This document shows, in pieces, positions 39,403 to 50,176 of a stretch of 64,000 nucleotides of DNA. The first letter of the stretch is position 1. Every line of letters begins with the position of its first letter. This DNA is from Escherichia phage vB_EcoM_DalCa: the sequence record NC_054908.1, one strand, 5' to 3'. The notes beneath the pieces were generated by a model, which was given only the letters and a program-made list of their open reading frames with translations, did no database searches and was not told the origin of the DNA. Made by a program: the position numbers and the translations under genes.

Positions 39403-40686
39403 ATGGCTAAAATCAACGAACTTCTGCGCGAATCAACCACAACGAATAGCAACTCAATCGGTCGCCCAAATCTCGTTGCTTTGACTCGCGCTACCACTAA
39501 ATTAATATATTCTGACATTGTAGCAACGCAAAGAACTAATCAACCTGTTGCTGCTTTTTATGGTATCAAATACCTTAACCCAGACAATGAATTTACATTT
39601 AAAACTGGTGCTACTTATGCTGGCGAAGCTGGATATGTAGACCGAGAACAAATCACAGAATTAACAGAAGAGTCTAAATTAACTCTCAATAAGGGCGATT
39701 TATTCAAATATAATAATATCGTTTATAAAGTATTAGAAGATACACCATTTGCTGATATTGAAGAAAGCGATTTAGAATTAGCTCTTCAGATTGCAATTGT
39801 TCTTTTAAAGGTTCGTCTATTTTCTGACGCAGCGTCAACAAGCAAATTTGAAAGCTCTGATAGTGAAATTGCGGATGCTAGATTCCAGATTAATAAATGG
39901 CAAACCGCAGTTAAATCTCGTAAACTTAAAACTGGTATCACAGTTGAATTAGCACAAGATTTAGAAGCAAATGGATTCGATGCTCCTAATTTCTTGGAAG
40001 ATTTGCTTGCAACTGAAATGGCAGATGAAATCAATAAAGATATTCTGCAGTCTTTGATTACAGTGTCAAAACGCTATAAAGTTACAGGAATTACTGATAC
40101 TGGATTCATCGATTTGAGTTATGCATCTGCACCTGAAGCTGGTCGTTCATTATACCGAATGGTATGTGAAATGGTTTCGCATATCCAAAAAGAATCAACT
40201 TATACAGCAACGTTCTGTGTTGCTTCAGCTCGTGCTGCTGCGATTCTTGCTGCATCAGGTTGGTTAAAACATAAACCAGAAGATGACAAATATCTTTCAC
40301 AAAATGCCTACGGGTTCTTAGCTAATGGTTTACCGCTTTATTGCGATACTAACAGCCCATTAGATTATGTAATCGTTGGCGTAGTAGAAAATATCGGTGA
40401 AAAAGAAATTGTTGGATCAATTTTCTATGCTCCGTATACAGAAGGTCTTGACTTAGATGACCCTGAACATGTAGGTGCATTTAAAGTTGTAGTTGATCCA
40501 GAAAGTTTGCAGCCATCTATCGGTTTATTAGTTAGATATGCTTTATCTGCAAATCCTTACACCGTAGCAAAAGATGAAAAAGAAGCAAGAGTAATTGATG
40601 GTGGAGACATGGATAAAATGGCGGGTCGTTCAGATTTGTCTGTTTTATTAGGTGTTAAACTACCAAAAATTATCATTGATGAATAA
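39403..40686 (+). CDS. 24: gp24 capsid vertex protein
   Basis: 427 aa, gp23 paralog; synteny. Confidence 0.95.
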   Translation: MAKINELLRESTTTNSNSIGRPNLVALTRATTKLIYSDIVATQRTNQPVAAFYGIKYLNPDNEFTFKTGATYAGEAGYVDREQITELTEESKLTLNKGDLFKYNNIVYKVLEDTPFADIEESDLELALQIAIVLLKVRLFSDAASTSKFESSDSEIADARFQINKWQTAVKSRKLKTGITVELAQDLEANGFDAPNFLEDLLATEMADEINKDILQSLITVSKRYKVTGITDTGFIDLSYASAPEAGRSLYRMVCEMVSHIQKESTYTATFCVASARAAAILAASGWLKHKPEDDKYLSQNAYGFLANGLPLYCDTNSPLDYVIVGVVENIGEKEIVGSIFYAPYTEGLDLDDPEHVGAFKVVVDPESLQPSIGLLVRYALSANPYTVAKDEKEARVIDGGDMDKMAGRSDLSVLLGVKLPKIIIDE

Positions 40687-40692
40687 AACAAA

Positions 40693-40716
40693 GGGACCTT
40701 TCGGTCCCTTTTTATT
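40693..40716 (+). terminator. bidirectional intrinsic terminator between convergent genes 24 and rnlB
   Basis: GGGACC-TTTC-GGTCCC with T-run on plus strand and A/T-rich run on minus. Confidence 0.65.
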
Positions 40717-40871
40717 TAACTTACCAATTCAATCCAAGCCGGACGAAGTACATCTTGTACCATTTTAACTAATTCCTTTTTAATCAAAGAAGGATTATCT
40801 GCTTGAGTTAGAGTAATACCTTCACGAGAAGTTTCTTCCAAAATATCTTGAACAGTTAGTCCCATCACCTT
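40716..40871 (-). pseudogene. rnlB: rnlB C-terminal domain remnant (51 codons in frame downstream of internal TGA)
   Basis: frame continues KVMGLTVQDILEETSREGITLTQADNPSLIKKELVKMVQDVLRPAWIELVS to TAA at 40718-40716. Confidence 0.6.
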
Positions 40872-41720
40872 TCAAAAATCCTTCGGACCAATTTCACCAA
40901 TTTTAGAAATAACGTTATTTACTCGGTTCAGTGTAACGTAGCAAGCTAAAATTCCCACCAATTTGTTATCAGCTTCTGATAGTTCAACTTTAGCTTTAAT
41001 AGGCTTATCAGACTTTTTCTTTTCACTAAATTTGGAATTCTTGCATTTGATGGCTACACGATTTCCATTATGAAGCCAAGAAGGACAACAAGGTTTCAAT
41101 ACATATCCTTCAGCGGTAAATACTTCGCCTTTGGCTTCAGCTTTCCAAACACATTTGTTAGCGTCAACTAATCCTGCATGGTCTACTGTAAAATTATAAT
41201 CTTGGACGACAGAATCTAAATCATTTGGCAATTTAATAAGCTCTTCAAATTTACCGCGACCTAAAAGTGGAGCCATTTTAAATTTAAATGTATTACAAAA
41301 TGATTCCATCATATAATCATCGACATAAGTCACATCACCACTTTCTGTAGTGACAATAATGTCAAATACATAAAAATCTTTATCGCCATAATCGACATTC
41401 TTCTGAATGCCAGGTCCAGCGAATTCGCCAAAGACTTGATAAGATACAACCGCTGAGGTTTCCATAATATCTTGTACTGCTTTAATAGAATCTTCGTAAT
41501 TCTTTAGAATAATTTCATACCCAAAGAAATCTTCAGCAGGAAGAATTGGTCCAGTACGTTTAGCGCAAGTTACTTTATCACGCTCAATAATCAATGAGAA
41601 ATTTGTGCCGTGAATCTTTTCACGAGCTACCCACTCCCCACCAGTCAATCCCAAGCTATAAAGTTTTTCAATAAATTTAGAGTTGTAATGATTTTCAAGA
41701 CTGCTATACTTTTTAAACAT
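40872..41720 (-). CDS. rnlB: RNA ligase 2 (Rnl2) nucleotidyltransferase portion, truncated at codon 283 by in-frame TGA
   Basis: N-terminus [12 protein letters not shown] and KIHGTN adenylyltransferase motif; 282 codons + TGA + 51 codons = 334, the T4 Rnl2 length. Confidence 0.8.
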   Translation of the reverse strand: MFKKYSSLENHYNSKFIEKLYSLGLTGGEWVAREKIHGTNFSLIIERDKVTCAKRTGPILPAEDFFGYEIILKNYEDSIKAVQDIMETSAVVSYQVFGEFAGPGIQKNVDYGDKDFYVFDIIVTTESGDVTYVDDYMMESFCNTFKFKMAPLLGRGKFEELIKLPNDLDSVVQDYNFTVDHAGLVDANKCVWKAEAKGEVFTAEGYVLKPCCPSWLHNGNRVAIKCKNSKFSEKKKSDKPIKAKVELSEADNKLVGILACYVTLNRVNNVISKIGEIGPKDF

Positions 41721-41729
41721 AATTAATCC

Positions 41730-42008
41730 TCAAAATGTAATTTCTAACCAATCACCATCACGCTGATCACTATTGACTTTAAAGCTGAATCCTTCTTTTC
41801 TCAGCCAATCACCAATTTCTTCAGTAATCAATTTATCACGAGCAATACAATAATAACTAAAATGTGTTTTACCTTGTTCAGCTGCTTTATTAGCAAGTTC
41901 CGAAAAATCTTTAATAAAACATTCTAGTTTAAACTGTTTACTTTTAAGTGCTTTTTCTCGCAATTGATTAGCAAAAGATTCATTTTCATAAAGATCATAC
42001 TGTTCCAT
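41730..42008 (-). CDS. 24.2: hypothetical protein (gene 24.2 position)
   Basis: 92-aa ORF; synteny between rnlB and hoc. Confidence 0.6.
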   Translation of the reverse strand: MEQYDLYENESFANQLREKALKSKQFKLECFIKDFSELANKAAEQGKTHFSYYCIARDKLITEEIGDWLRKEGFSFKVNSDQRDGDWLEITF

Positions 42009-42210
42009 TTTTCACCTTTTTATTGATATGTCTTTTTCTATAGACGACTTTTTCTCGAGTTTCAAATTTATTCTTAGCAGTCATAGCTCGAGCCCATAAT
42101 ACAGCCACTTCTTTTGCCTGTAAGTTTAATTCACGAGCAATTTCAATGAATGACTTTCCAGACTCATGAAGCGTAAACACCACAACCTCAGTTCTCATAA
42201 TTAATCTCAT
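41995..42210 (-). CDS. 24.3: small basic protein with helix-turn-helix-like segment (gene 24.3 position)
   Basis: 71-aa ORF; segment SGKSFIEIARELNLQAKEV; synteny. Confidence 0.55.
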   Translation of the reverse strand: MRLIMRTEVVVFTLHESGKSFIEIARELNLQAKEVAVLWARAMTAKNKFETREKVVYRKRHINKKVKNGTV

Positions 42211-42299
42211 GTTATCGAGTTGGTGCCATTATATACATCATTTTCTGATTGTGTTTTGCGTGCTTTCAAAATGAAGAAAGGGGCCGAAGCCCCTTATGA

Positions 42300-43715
42300 T
42301 TATGGATAGGTATAGATGATACCAGTTTCTAAAGCAGTTTTATGAATGATGTATCCATTACGCGATTCTTGGACATCAACTTCTGGATAGTCTTTAATCA
42401 TCTTCTGAAGAGTGTAACGATGCAGGTAGTATTTACTATCTGGGTCGTCAGTTTTCCAATCTTTACCTTCTTCGGTCATTTTTTGGATTTCATCCATAAC
42501 CCACCAACCGCACCAGATATAAGCTGAAGTACGATGTGGAAGAGGATGAACATAAGGTAGTTCACCTTCTGGTTCAATTGGAGTCCGTTCAGCAATAACA
42601 ACTTCAGCTGTTGAACTAATTGTCTTTGAAGTGTAATTATCTTTAGTTAATACTGCTTCAACTTTAATTGTATGAGTACCCGCTGAGGAGGTATCAATAC
42701 TATAAGTATTAGTAGAATTACTTTCTGCTACGTTGTCTTTCTTCCAAGAGTACACAATATTAGTATCACCAGGAGCACCAGTAACAGATGCTGTTAAAGT
42801 TGCAGTTCCACCAACAGTAGTATTAACTGATGGCGGAGATAAAGAAATGGTGGCACTATTAAATGTCGCATTATTAGTTACTACTGTTGCTTCTGCTGAA
42901 ATTTCTTTTGTAACATAATTTGTTGCAGAAACAGATGCGGTGCATTTAAGAGTTTTACTTCCGACTTCGGTCGGAGTGAATTTATACGTAGCAGAAGTTG
43001 CATCCGGAATATTACTGTCATCCATTGACCATTGGAATGTTATAGTAGCACCTGAAGGTGCACTAGAGACATTTGCAGTTAAAGTAATAGGAACACCAAA
43101 GACTGTAGTCGGAGACTCGGGTGTAATTTTTAGCGTCGAAGAATTAGCCTTTTTATTTACAGTCAAAGAAACCGCTGATGATTCTACTGTTTTATCAACG
43201 TAATCAGTTGCAGTCACTGTGACAGAGCAAGTTATAGACTTAGTTCCTTCAGTTGTTGGTGTATATTCAAAGGTTGATTGCTTTTGACCGTCAACATCGA
43301 CCCCGTCAACTTTCCATGTATAATCAATAGCAGCACCAATAGGTTGATTGCTTACATTAGCAGTGAATGTTGTTGCTGTTCCAATTTCTACTGCCGCAGG
43401 AGAAGCCGGAGTAACAGTGATAGTGGAATTATTTTCTTTCTTATTAACAGTGATAGTTGTTGATGCTTCAGCTATTTCCGGATCTCCTGCGGAAAGTGTA
43501 TTAGTTGCAACCACTTTAATTTTTTTTGTTCCTGCTGGAGAAGCAAGAGTATAATCCATTGTAGCAGCCGTAGAGCCCTGTGTTATATCATCTACAGTCC
43601 AGACGTATGTAATAGTACCGTCTGGGGTTTCACCTGCAGGTGTAGCAGTGAATGTTTGTGAACCTCCAATAACCCCTGTAGGAGTTAGAGGAGATAACGT
43701 GACAGTGAATGCCAT
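42300..43715 (-). CDS. hoc: Hoc highly immunogenic outer capsid protein, four Ig-like repeats plus capsid-binding domain
   Basis: 471 aa; four ~90-aa Thr/Ser/Val-rich beta-sandwich-like repeats then conserved C-terminal domain (ELPYVHPLPHR, WCGWWVMDEIQK). Confidence 0.8.
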   Translation of the reverse strand: MAFTVTLSPLTPTGVIGGSQTFTATPAGETPDGTITYVWTVDDITQGSTAATMDYTLASPAGTKKIKVVATNTLSAGDPEIAEASTTITVNKKENNSTITVTPASPAAVEIGTATTFTANVSNQPIGAAIDYTWKVDGVDVDGQKQSTFEYTPTTEGTKSITCSVTVTATDYVDKTVESSAVSLTVNKKANSSTLKITPESPTTVFGVPITLTANVSSAPSGATITFQWSMDDSNIPDATSATYKFTPTEVGSKTLKCTASVSATNYVTKEISAEATVVTNNATFNSATISLSPPSVNTTVGGTATLTASVTGAPGDTNIVYSWKKDNVAESNSTNTYSIDTSSAGTHTIKVEAVLTKDNYTSKTISSTAEVVIAERTPIEPEGELPYVHPLPHRTSAYIWCGWWVMDEIQKMTEEGKDWKTDDPDSKYYLHRYTLQKMIKDYPEVDVQESRNGYIIHKTALETGIIYTYP

Positions 43716-43724
43716 AAGTTATCC

Positions 43725-44405
43725 TTATTTTAATGTTATGAAAGAAGAATTACGAGTTTCGCGAATTAGAACTGATCCATCGCGATTAATATAATAAATT
43801 AAGCTAAATAATGTTTGGTGTGCTGACGCATGTTCAAAACTAGTTGGGTGAGATTTCCAATCCGGAGTTTCAGCAATCCATTGATAAATCCACCAAGGAA
43901 CAGTGCAGAATCCTGGATTTTTTCCAATCAGTTGAAGATTCGGACTAAAGTTTTCCGGAAGAGTAAATACAGACGGCTTTTCAGATTCAATAATCTCAGC
44001 TACAGCTTGTTCAAACTTTTCTTCAACAAACGGAGTGTCTTCAATCAAAACTGAGGTATTTTCAGGAATTTTATCCGTTTCTACTACTTCAATTTTAATG
44101 TCAGATTTAACCGGAGAATCAATCAAAAGTGCTGCTTCTGGATTGACTTCTTCATCGTCATATTTTAATCCCTCTGCGGCATCAGCAGCATCAATTAAGT
44201 CTTTAATAGATAACCCATCAGTCTCCGGCATAGGTTCACTAGCGAGCTTCTGGAGGGCTTCTTCAATATCAACAACGATATTATCAAAAGATTTATTCTT
44301 TTTGACCTTTATACCAAACTGTTCAGCATATTCAGCTAATTTAGCTTTAGCTTCTTTGTTATCATCAAGAGCCTTCAGCTCTGCAATATAATCTTTATCT
44401 ATCAT
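43725..44405 (-). CDS. inh: Inh-like protein (inhibitor of prohead protease)
   Basis: 226-aa acidic protein in the T4 inh position. Confidence 0.65.
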   Translation of the reverse strand: MIDKDYIAELKALDDNKEAKAKLAEYAEQFGIKVKKNKSFDNIVVDIEEALQKLASEPMPETDGLSIKDLIDAADAAEGLKYDDEEVNPEAALLIDSPVKSDIKIEVVETDKIPENTSVLIEDTPFVEEKFEQAVAEIIESEKPSVFTLPENFSPNLQLIGKNPGFCTVPWWIYQWIAETPDWKSHPTSFEHASAHQTLFSLIYYINRDGSVLIRETRNSSFITLK

Positions 44406-44418
44406 AATATTTCCTCAG

Positions 44419-44426
44419 TATAAATA
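44419..44426 (+). promoter_or_regulatory. late promoter TATAAATA (uvsW)
   Basis: exact TATAAATA 30 nt upstream of ATG 44456. Confidence 0.55.
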
Positions 44427-44455
44427 TAGATATATTTATTACATGGTATTTAGAC

Positions 44456-45967
44456 ATGACTGACATTAAAGTACATTTTTATGATTTTAGTCACGTGAGA
44501 ATTGATTGTGAAGAAAGTACATTTCATGAACTCCGTGATTTCTTTAGCTTTGAAGCTGATGGGTATCGTTTTAATCCGAAGTACAGATATGGCCACTGGG
44601 ATGGACGAATCCGTCTGTTAGATTATAATCGTCTTCTTCCATTCGGCTTAGTCGGGCAAATTAAAAAGTTCTGCGATAACTTTGGCTATAAAGCCTGGAT
44701 TGACCCACAGATTAACGAAAAAGAAGAATTATCAAGAAAAGATTTTGATGAATGGCTTTCTAAATTAGAAATCTATTCAGGAAATAAAAGAATTGAACCA
44801 CATTGGTATCAAAAAGATGCAGTGTTCGAAGGATTAGTTAATCGTCGTAGAATTCTTAATCTTCCAACATCCGCAGGTAAATCTTTAATTCAAGCTCTGC
44901 TTGCTCGGTATTATTTGGAAAATTATGAAGGCAAAATTCTTATTATTGTTCCAACAACTGCTCTGACAACTCAGATGGCTGATGACTTTGTTGACTATCG
45001 TTTATTCAGTCATGCAATGATAAAGAAAATCGGTGGTGGAGCATCAAAAGATGATAAATATAAAAATGATGCACCAGTCGTTGTTGGTACATGGCAAACT
45101 GTAGTAAAACAACCGAAAGAATGGTTCTCACAGTTTGGAATGATGATGAATGATGAATGCCATCTTGCTACAGGAAAAAGTATTTCATCTATCATATCAG
45201 GTTTAAATAACTGCATGTTCAAATTTGGTCTATCTGGTTCATTACGTGATGGCAAAGCCAATATCATGCAGTATGTTGGAATGTTTGGTGAAATATTTAA
45301 GCCAGTAACGACTTCTAAGTTAATGGAAGATGGACAAGTAACTGAGCTAAAAATTAATAGTATTTTTCTTCGCTATCCCGATGAGTTCACTACTAAATTA
45401 AAGGGAAAAACTTATCAAGAAGAAATAAAAATTATTACGGGGCTTAGTAAAAGAAATAAATGGATCGCTAAATTGGCTATTAAGCTTGCACAAAAAGATG
45501 AAAACGCTTTTGTCATGTTTAAACATGTATCACATGGTAAAGCTATTTTCGATTTAATTAAAAATGAATACGATAAAGTTTATTACGTATCAGGGGAAGT
45601 TGATACCGAAACCCGCAACGTAATGAAAACCTTAGCTGAAAATGGTAAAGGAATAATTATAGTAGCTAGTTATGGTGTATTTTCTACTGGTATTTCAGTT
45701 AAAAATCTGCATCACGTTGTTTTAGCGCACGGTGTTAAATCAAAAATCATTGTATTACAAACAATCGGTCGTGTATTACGTAAGCATGGTTCTAAAACAA
45801 TCGCAACAGTCTGGGACCTCATAGATGACTGTGGTGTCAAGCCAAAATCTGCTAATACTAAAAAGAAATATGTTCACTTGAACTATCTTTTAAAACACGG
45901 CATTGATCGTATTCAGCGCTACGCAGATGAAAAATTTAATTACGTAATGAAAACAGTTAATTTATAA
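44456..45967 (+). CDS. uvsW: UvsW ATP-dependent DNA helicase
   Basis: 503 aa; SF2 helicase motifs (Walker A PTSAGKS, DExH-like MMNDECH). Confidence 0.9.
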   Translation: MTDIKVHFYDFSHVRIDCEESTFHELRDFFSFEADGYRFNPKYRYGHWDGRIRLLDYNRLLPFGLVGQIKKFCDNFGYKAWIDPQINEKEELSRKDFDEWLSKLEIYSGNKRIEPHWYQKDAVFEGLVNRRRILNLPTSAGKSLIQALLARYYLENYEGKILIIVPTTALTTQMADDFVDYRLFSHAMIKKIGGGASKDDKYKNDAPVVVGTWQTVVKQPKEWFSQFGMMMNDECHLATGKSISSIISGLNNCMFKFGLSGSLRDGKANIMQYVGMFGEIFKPVTTSKLMEDGQVTELKINSIFLRYPDEFTTKLKGKTYQEEIKIITGLSKRNKWIAKLAIKLAQKDENAFVMFKHVSHGKAIFDLIKNEYDKVYYVSGEVDTETRNVMKTLAENGKGIIIVASYGVFSTGISVKNLHHVVLAHGVKSKIIVLQTIGRVLRKHGSKTIATVWDLIDDCGVKPKSANTKKKYVHLNYLLKHGIDRIQRYADEKFNYVMKTVNL

Positions 45968-45980
45968 GGGCTTCGGCCCT

Positions 45981-46223
45981 TTGGAGAAAAAGATGTTACT
46001 AGAATTTAAACAATTTCTTTATGAAGCTTCTATTGATGAATTTATGGGTAAAATTGCCTCTTGTCAAACATTAGAAGGTTTAGAAGAGCTTGAAGCTTAT
46101 TATAAGAAAAGAGTTAAAGAAACTGAATTAAAAGATACTGATGACATCTCAGTCAGAGATGCTTTGGCAGGAAAAAGAGCTGAATTAGAAGATTCAGACG
46201 ATGAAGTAGAAGAAAGCTTTTAA
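45981..46223 (+). CDS. uvsW.1: UvsW.1 small acidic protein
   Basis: 80-aa ORF directly after uvsW following a GGGC-TTCG-GCCC hairpin. Confidence 0.7.
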   Translation: MEKKMLLEFKQFLYEASIDEFMGKIASCQTLEGLEELEAYYKKRVKETELKDTDDISVRDALAGKRAELEDSDDEVEESF

Positions 46224-46278
46224 ATTAAAAAAGGCCCAACCAAAAAGGAAGGGCCAAAACTATAGACTAAAGGTCACA

Positions 46279-46448
46279 CTATAGCAAAAGTTGTGTTTCA
46301 TTTAATTGTTCTTCCGAACTTTCTGAAACTGGTAGTTCTTTAATGTAATTATAGCAAGGCCCAGGATGTACAGGACCTTTGTCTGTTTCAACAACCAATG
46401 CAGAATCGATTGGAGTTTTACAGACAACACAAATCTTATCTGACATGA
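46279..46448 (-). CDS. uvsY.-2: small Cys-containing protein (uvsY.-2 position)
   Basis: 55-aa ORF MSDKICVVCKTPIDS...CYNYIKELP, too short for the ORF track; CxxC...C pattern. Confidence 0.5.
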
Positions 46449-46474
46449 TTGTCTCCTCTGAATTATATATCTAT

Positions 46475-46699
46475 TTATACAACTCTCATATGCATATCAA
46501 TGCCCATATCTTTAGAATAAAAATATTCATCAAGATATCCGGCAAATTTTCCTTTAATATAAAGAACATCTTCACCGCACGGGTGGTCGGCCAGGATACG
46601 AATATCCTGACGCTTAAGATTATGCTTTTTCATTAAGAATTGAATTTCCGTTTCAAATTCTTCTTCATAATTAAAAGCATCATCAATGCTATATCTCAT
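46475..46699 (-). CDS. uvsY.-1: hypothetical protein (uvsY.-1 position)
   Basis: 74-aa ORF abutting uvsY stop. Confidence 0.6.
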   Translation of the reverse strand: MRYSIDDAFNYEEEFETEIQFLMKKHNLKRQDIRILADHPCGEDVLYIKGKFAGYLDEYFYSKDMGIDMHMRVV

Positions 46700-47112
46700 T
46701 ATTTTCCAGCCTCAAATGCTCGCATGTCTTGAATATGCTTAATAGCAAATCCACGTGATTTAATAGCATCAAGAGCTCCGCTACAGAAATCTAATAAAAT
46801 CCCCCAATACTGTAACGAGGTATCAACCTTTAAAACATCCTTATCAGCTGATAGAACTGTCTTCATTTCTGATTTCTCGTAACGATCCATACTAAATTCA
46901 TCACCATCTCCTCGTCCCGAGTAGTAGTCTAATTTAGCTTTAAGAGCAACTTTTTTCTGTGCATCAATTCTAAGCATTTCCTTTTTAATACTTGAATGCT
47001 TATTAAGCCATTTACTATATAACATCACATTATTAGCTGCTTCATACTGTAATTTAGTCGAATCTATAAATACATCTTTCTTCAATTCTTCTTGAAGATC
47101 TTCTAATCTCAT
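46699..47112 (-). CDS. uvsY: UvsY recombination mediator protein
   Basis: 137 aa; N-terminus MRLEDLQEELKKDVF; synteny. Confidence 0.93.
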   Translation of the reverse strand: MRLEDLQEELKKDVFIDSTKLQYEAANNVMLYSKWLNKHSSIKKEMLRIDAQKKVALKAKLDYYSGRGDGDEFSMDRYEKSEMKTVLSADKDVLKVDTSLQYWGILLDFCSGALDAIKSRGFAIKHIQDMRAFEAGK

Positions 47113-47152
47113 ATTGTTCTCTATTCAATTGTTATTGGATGGACTTAGATTC

Positions 47153-47180
47153 ATTATACCACGTTTTAACGTGAAGCATT
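47153..47180 (-). promoter_or_regulatory. MotA-dependent middle promoter for uvsY
   Basis: minus-strand MotA box AATGCTTCA, 13-nt spacer, TATAAT; about 45 nt upstream of uvsY ATG. Confidence 0.6.
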
Positions 47181-47577
47181 ATACTCTATTACTGGAAGCC
47201 AATTGCAGTTTTATCTGCTCAATATCATCAGGGTTATCGATGACCGAACAGCGTATTTCTACTATCAGAGTATAATCATCATAAACTGGTATCACATTAA
47301 CTGCTAATTTATCAATACGTGGCTCATAGTTTCTTACTGCGCTTTCGATATTGCGCTCAACTGTGTCAGCAGTAAGAGGAGTCATATTTTCAAAAAGCTG
47401 GTCTGATAAATCACATCCAAATTCAGGGTCAAACGGTCTTGAACCTTTTCTTGTTGTAATAATTCCCAAAAGACTGTTTTTAATTGACCTTAATCCAAGC
47501 GATCTGGAAACATCTTTGTTCCAATCCATTTTCATTTCTGGGTCAATGTCAGAATAAAGCTTATTAATATTTGCCAT
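47179..47577 (-). CDS. 25: gp25 baseplate wedge protein
   Basis: 132 aa; synteny. Confidence 0.93.
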   Translation of the reverse strand: MANINKLYSDIDPEMKMDWNKDVSRSLGLRSIKNSLLGIITTRKGSRPFDPEFGCDLSDQLFENMTPLTADTVERNIESAVRNYEPRIDKLAVNVIPVYDDYTLIVEIRCSVIDNPDDIEQIKLQLASSNRV

Positions 47578-48203
47578 TATAGTAACTCAAAGAACTCTTT
47601 GAGGCCTCTTATTACATGAGCATGGGTTTTTCCACACTCTGGACACTTAATTGGAACAGCCAAATAAACGGTAGGTTTTAAAAGCATATCTTTTATAGCT
47701 ACAATATCTGACTCTGTGATGATAGAATATAAATCTTCTAGTTCCTTTTCATTTAAGTCTTCAACTGGAATGCTTTCCCCGTTAGCATGAATCGTTTCTA
47801 TGCATGATACTATCATGTGGGCTATATTTTTATCATCAAAAATTTTAGGGTATTGGAATTTAATTTTAATGTCACCCAGTGTATACCAGAGGTCTTCTGG
47901 TGCATCTATTTGTGTATGTAATAGATTTATATGGGTTGGTATTTCAGTTCCACAGGTGCACTTCCAAGAGTTTTCGTGATTAACTTCACCAAGAGAATGC
48001 GCCCATAAATGAATCAGTAATAGTTCTGATTCTTGGCGGTTTAAATCTTTTGCATTTGTACAGTCTTTGATTAGCTTTTTAACAATCTCTTCTACTGAAC
48101 CATTCTTTTTAGCAGTAATAAGTTCTAGATATTCTTTAAGCGTGAATGCGCGACAATTGATTATTTTAGAACCAACTCTCACATCAAATTTGTATTCATA
48201 CAT
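47577..48203 (-). CDS. 26: gp26 baseplate hub protein
   Basis: 208 aa; synteny, divergent from gene 51. Confidence 0.9.
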   Translation of the reverse strand: MYEYKFDVRVGSKIINCRAFTLKEYLELITAKKNGSVEEIVKKLIKDCTNAKDLNRQESELLLIHLWAHSLGEVNHENSWKCTCGTEIPTHINLLHTQIDAPEDLWYTLGDIKIKFQYPKIFDDKNIAHMIVSCIETIHANGESIPVEDLNEKELEDLYSIITESDIVAIKDMLLKPTVYLAVPIKCPECGKTHAHVIRGLKEFFELL

Positions 48204-48225
48204 ATTTTAGCTCCTTTATTTATCA

Positions 48226-48237
48226 TATTTATAAATA
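48226..48237. promoter_or_regulatory. overlapping divergent late promoters (TATAAATA on both strands)
   Basis: plus TATAAATA 48230-48237 (gene 51) and minus TATAAATA 48233-48226 (gene 26) in TATTTATAAATA. Confidence 0.6.
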
Positions 48238-48254
48238 GAATAAAAGGAGCATCT

Positions 48255-49004
48255 ATGGCAAACATTATTCGTTGTAAATTACCAGATGGTGTTCATCGTT
48301 TTAAACCATTTACGGTAGAAGATTATCGAGATTTTTTGTTAGTTCGAAACGATATAGAGCATCGGTCACCACAAGAACAAAAAGAAATAATTACTGATTT
48401 AATTGATGATTATTTTGGAGACTATCCGAAGACTTGGCAACCATTTATATTTTTGCAGGTATTTGTAGGGTCAATAGGTAAAACTAAAGTACCGGTCACA
48501 TTTGTATGTCCAAAATGTAAAAAAGAAAAGACAGTTCCATTTGAAATATACCAAAAAGAATTAAAGGAACCTGTTTTTGATGTAGCTAATGTTAAAATTA
48601 AATTAAAGTTTCCTTCTGAGTTTTATGAAAATAAAGCAAAGATGATTACTGAAAATATTCATTCTGTCCAAGTAGATGAAATATGGTATGATTGGAAGGA
48701 AATTAGCGAGTCCAGTCAAATAGAACTTGTTGACGCCATCGAGATAGAAACATTAGAAAAAATTCTCGATGCAATGAATCCTATTAATTTAACTCTACAT
48801 ATGTCATGCTGTAATAAGTATGTAAAAAAATACACTGATATAGTAGATGTGTTTAAGCTATTAGTTAATCCAGATGAGATATTTACTTTTTATCAAATTA
48901 ATCACACGCTTGTAAAAAGTAATTATAGCTTAAATTCAATAATGAAAATGATTCCTGCTGAGCGCGGATTCGTATTAAAACTGATTGAGAAGGATAAACA
49001 ATAA
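48255..49004 (+). CDS. 51: gp51 baseplate hub assembly catalyst
   Basis: 249 aa; synteny. Confidence 0.9.
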   Translation: MANIIRCKLPDGVHRFKPFTVEDYRDFLLVRNDIEHRSPQEQKEIITDLIDDYFGDYPKTWQPFIFLQVFVGSIGKTKVPVTFVCPKCKKEKTVPFEIYQKELKEPVFDVANVKIKLKFPSEFYENKAKMITENIHSVQVDEIWYDWKEISESSQIELVDAIEIETLEKILDAMNPINLTLHMSCCNKYVKKYTDIVDVFKLLVNPDEIFTFYQINHTLVKSNYSLNSIMKMIPAERGFVLKLIEKDKQ

Positions 49005-50176
49005 TGAGTATGTTGCAACGCCCCGGATATCCAAATCTCAGCGTTAAATTATTTGAGAGTTATGACGCTTGGAGTAATAATAGATTTGTTGAATTAGCTG
49101 CTACTATTACCACATTAACTATGCGGGATTCTCTTTATGGTCGAAATGAAGGAATGCTACAATTTTATGATTCTAAAAATATCCATACAAAAATGGATGG
49201 AAATGAAATAATTCAGATTTCTGTAGCTAATGCAAACGATATTAATAATGTTAAAACAAGAATTTATGGATGTAAGCATTTTTCTGTATCTGTAGATTCA
49301 AAAGGTGATAACATCATTGCTATTGAATTGGGAACTATTCATTCTATAGAAAATCTTAAATTTGGTAGACCATTTTTCCCTGATGCCGGTGAATCTATAA
49401 AGGAAATGCTTGGCGTAATTTATCAAGATCGTACATTATTAACTCCAGCGATAAATGCTATTAATGCTTATGTTCCTGATATTCCATGGACTAGCACATT
49501 TGAAAACTATTTGTCATATGTAAGAGAAGTTGCTCTAGCGGTAGGAAGCGATAAGTTCGTATTTGTATGGCAAGACATCATGGGAGTTAACATGATGGAC
49601 TATGATATGATGATAAATCAAGAACCATATCCAATGATTGTAGGTGAGCCAACTTTAATAGGTCAATTCGTCCAAGAATTGAAATATCCATTAGCATATG
49701 ATTTTGTTTGGTTGACTAAATCAAACCCGCATAAACGTGATCCAATGAAAAATGCTACTATCTATGCTCATTCATTTTTAGATTCTTCATTACCAATGAT
49801 TACTACAGGAAAGGGTGAAAACTCTATTGTAGTGTCAAGGTCAGGTGCTTATTCTGAAATGACTTATAGAAATGGATATGAAGAAGCTATTCGTCTTCAG
49901 ACTATGGCGCAATATGACGGCTATGCTAAATGTTCTACTGTCGGTAATTTTAACTTGACTCCTGGCGTTAAAATTATTTTTAATGATAGTAAAAACCAAT
50001 TTAAAACAGAATTTTACGTTGATGAAGTTATTCACGAATTATCAAATAATAATTCCGTAACTCATCTATATATGTTCACTAATGCAACGAAACTGGAAAC
50101 AATCGACCCAGTTAAGGTTAAAAATGAATTTAAAACTGATACTACCACTGAAGAAAGTAGTTCTTCCGATAAGTAA
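49004..50176 (+). CDS. 27: gp27 baseplate hub protein
   Basis: 390 aa; synteny. Confidence 0.93.
   Translation: MSMLQRPGYPNLSVKLFESYDAWSNNRFVELAATITTLTMRDSLYGRNEGMLQFYDSKNIHTKMDGNEIIQISVANANDINNVKTRIYGCKHFSVSVDSKGDNIIAIELGTIHSIENLKFGRPFFPDAGESIKEMLGVIYQDRTLLTPAINAINAYVPDIPWTSTFENYLSYVREVALAVGSDKFVFVWQDIMGVNMMDYDMMINQEPYPMIVGEPTLIGQFVQELKYPLAYDFVWLTKSNPHKRDPMKNATIYAHSFLDSSLPMITTGKGENSIVVSRSGAYSEMTYRNGYEEAIRLQTMAQYDGYAKCSTVGNFNLTPGVKIIFNDSKNQFKTEFYVDEVIHELSNNNSVTHLYMFTNATKLETIDPVKVKNEFKTDTTTEESSSSDK

Noticed and set aside
46379-46636. 85-aa plus-strand ORF
   Set aside because: Overlaps uvsY.-1 and uvsY.-2 on the opposite strand; low-complexity Ile/Phe/Lys-rich translation typical of antisense AT-rich DNA.
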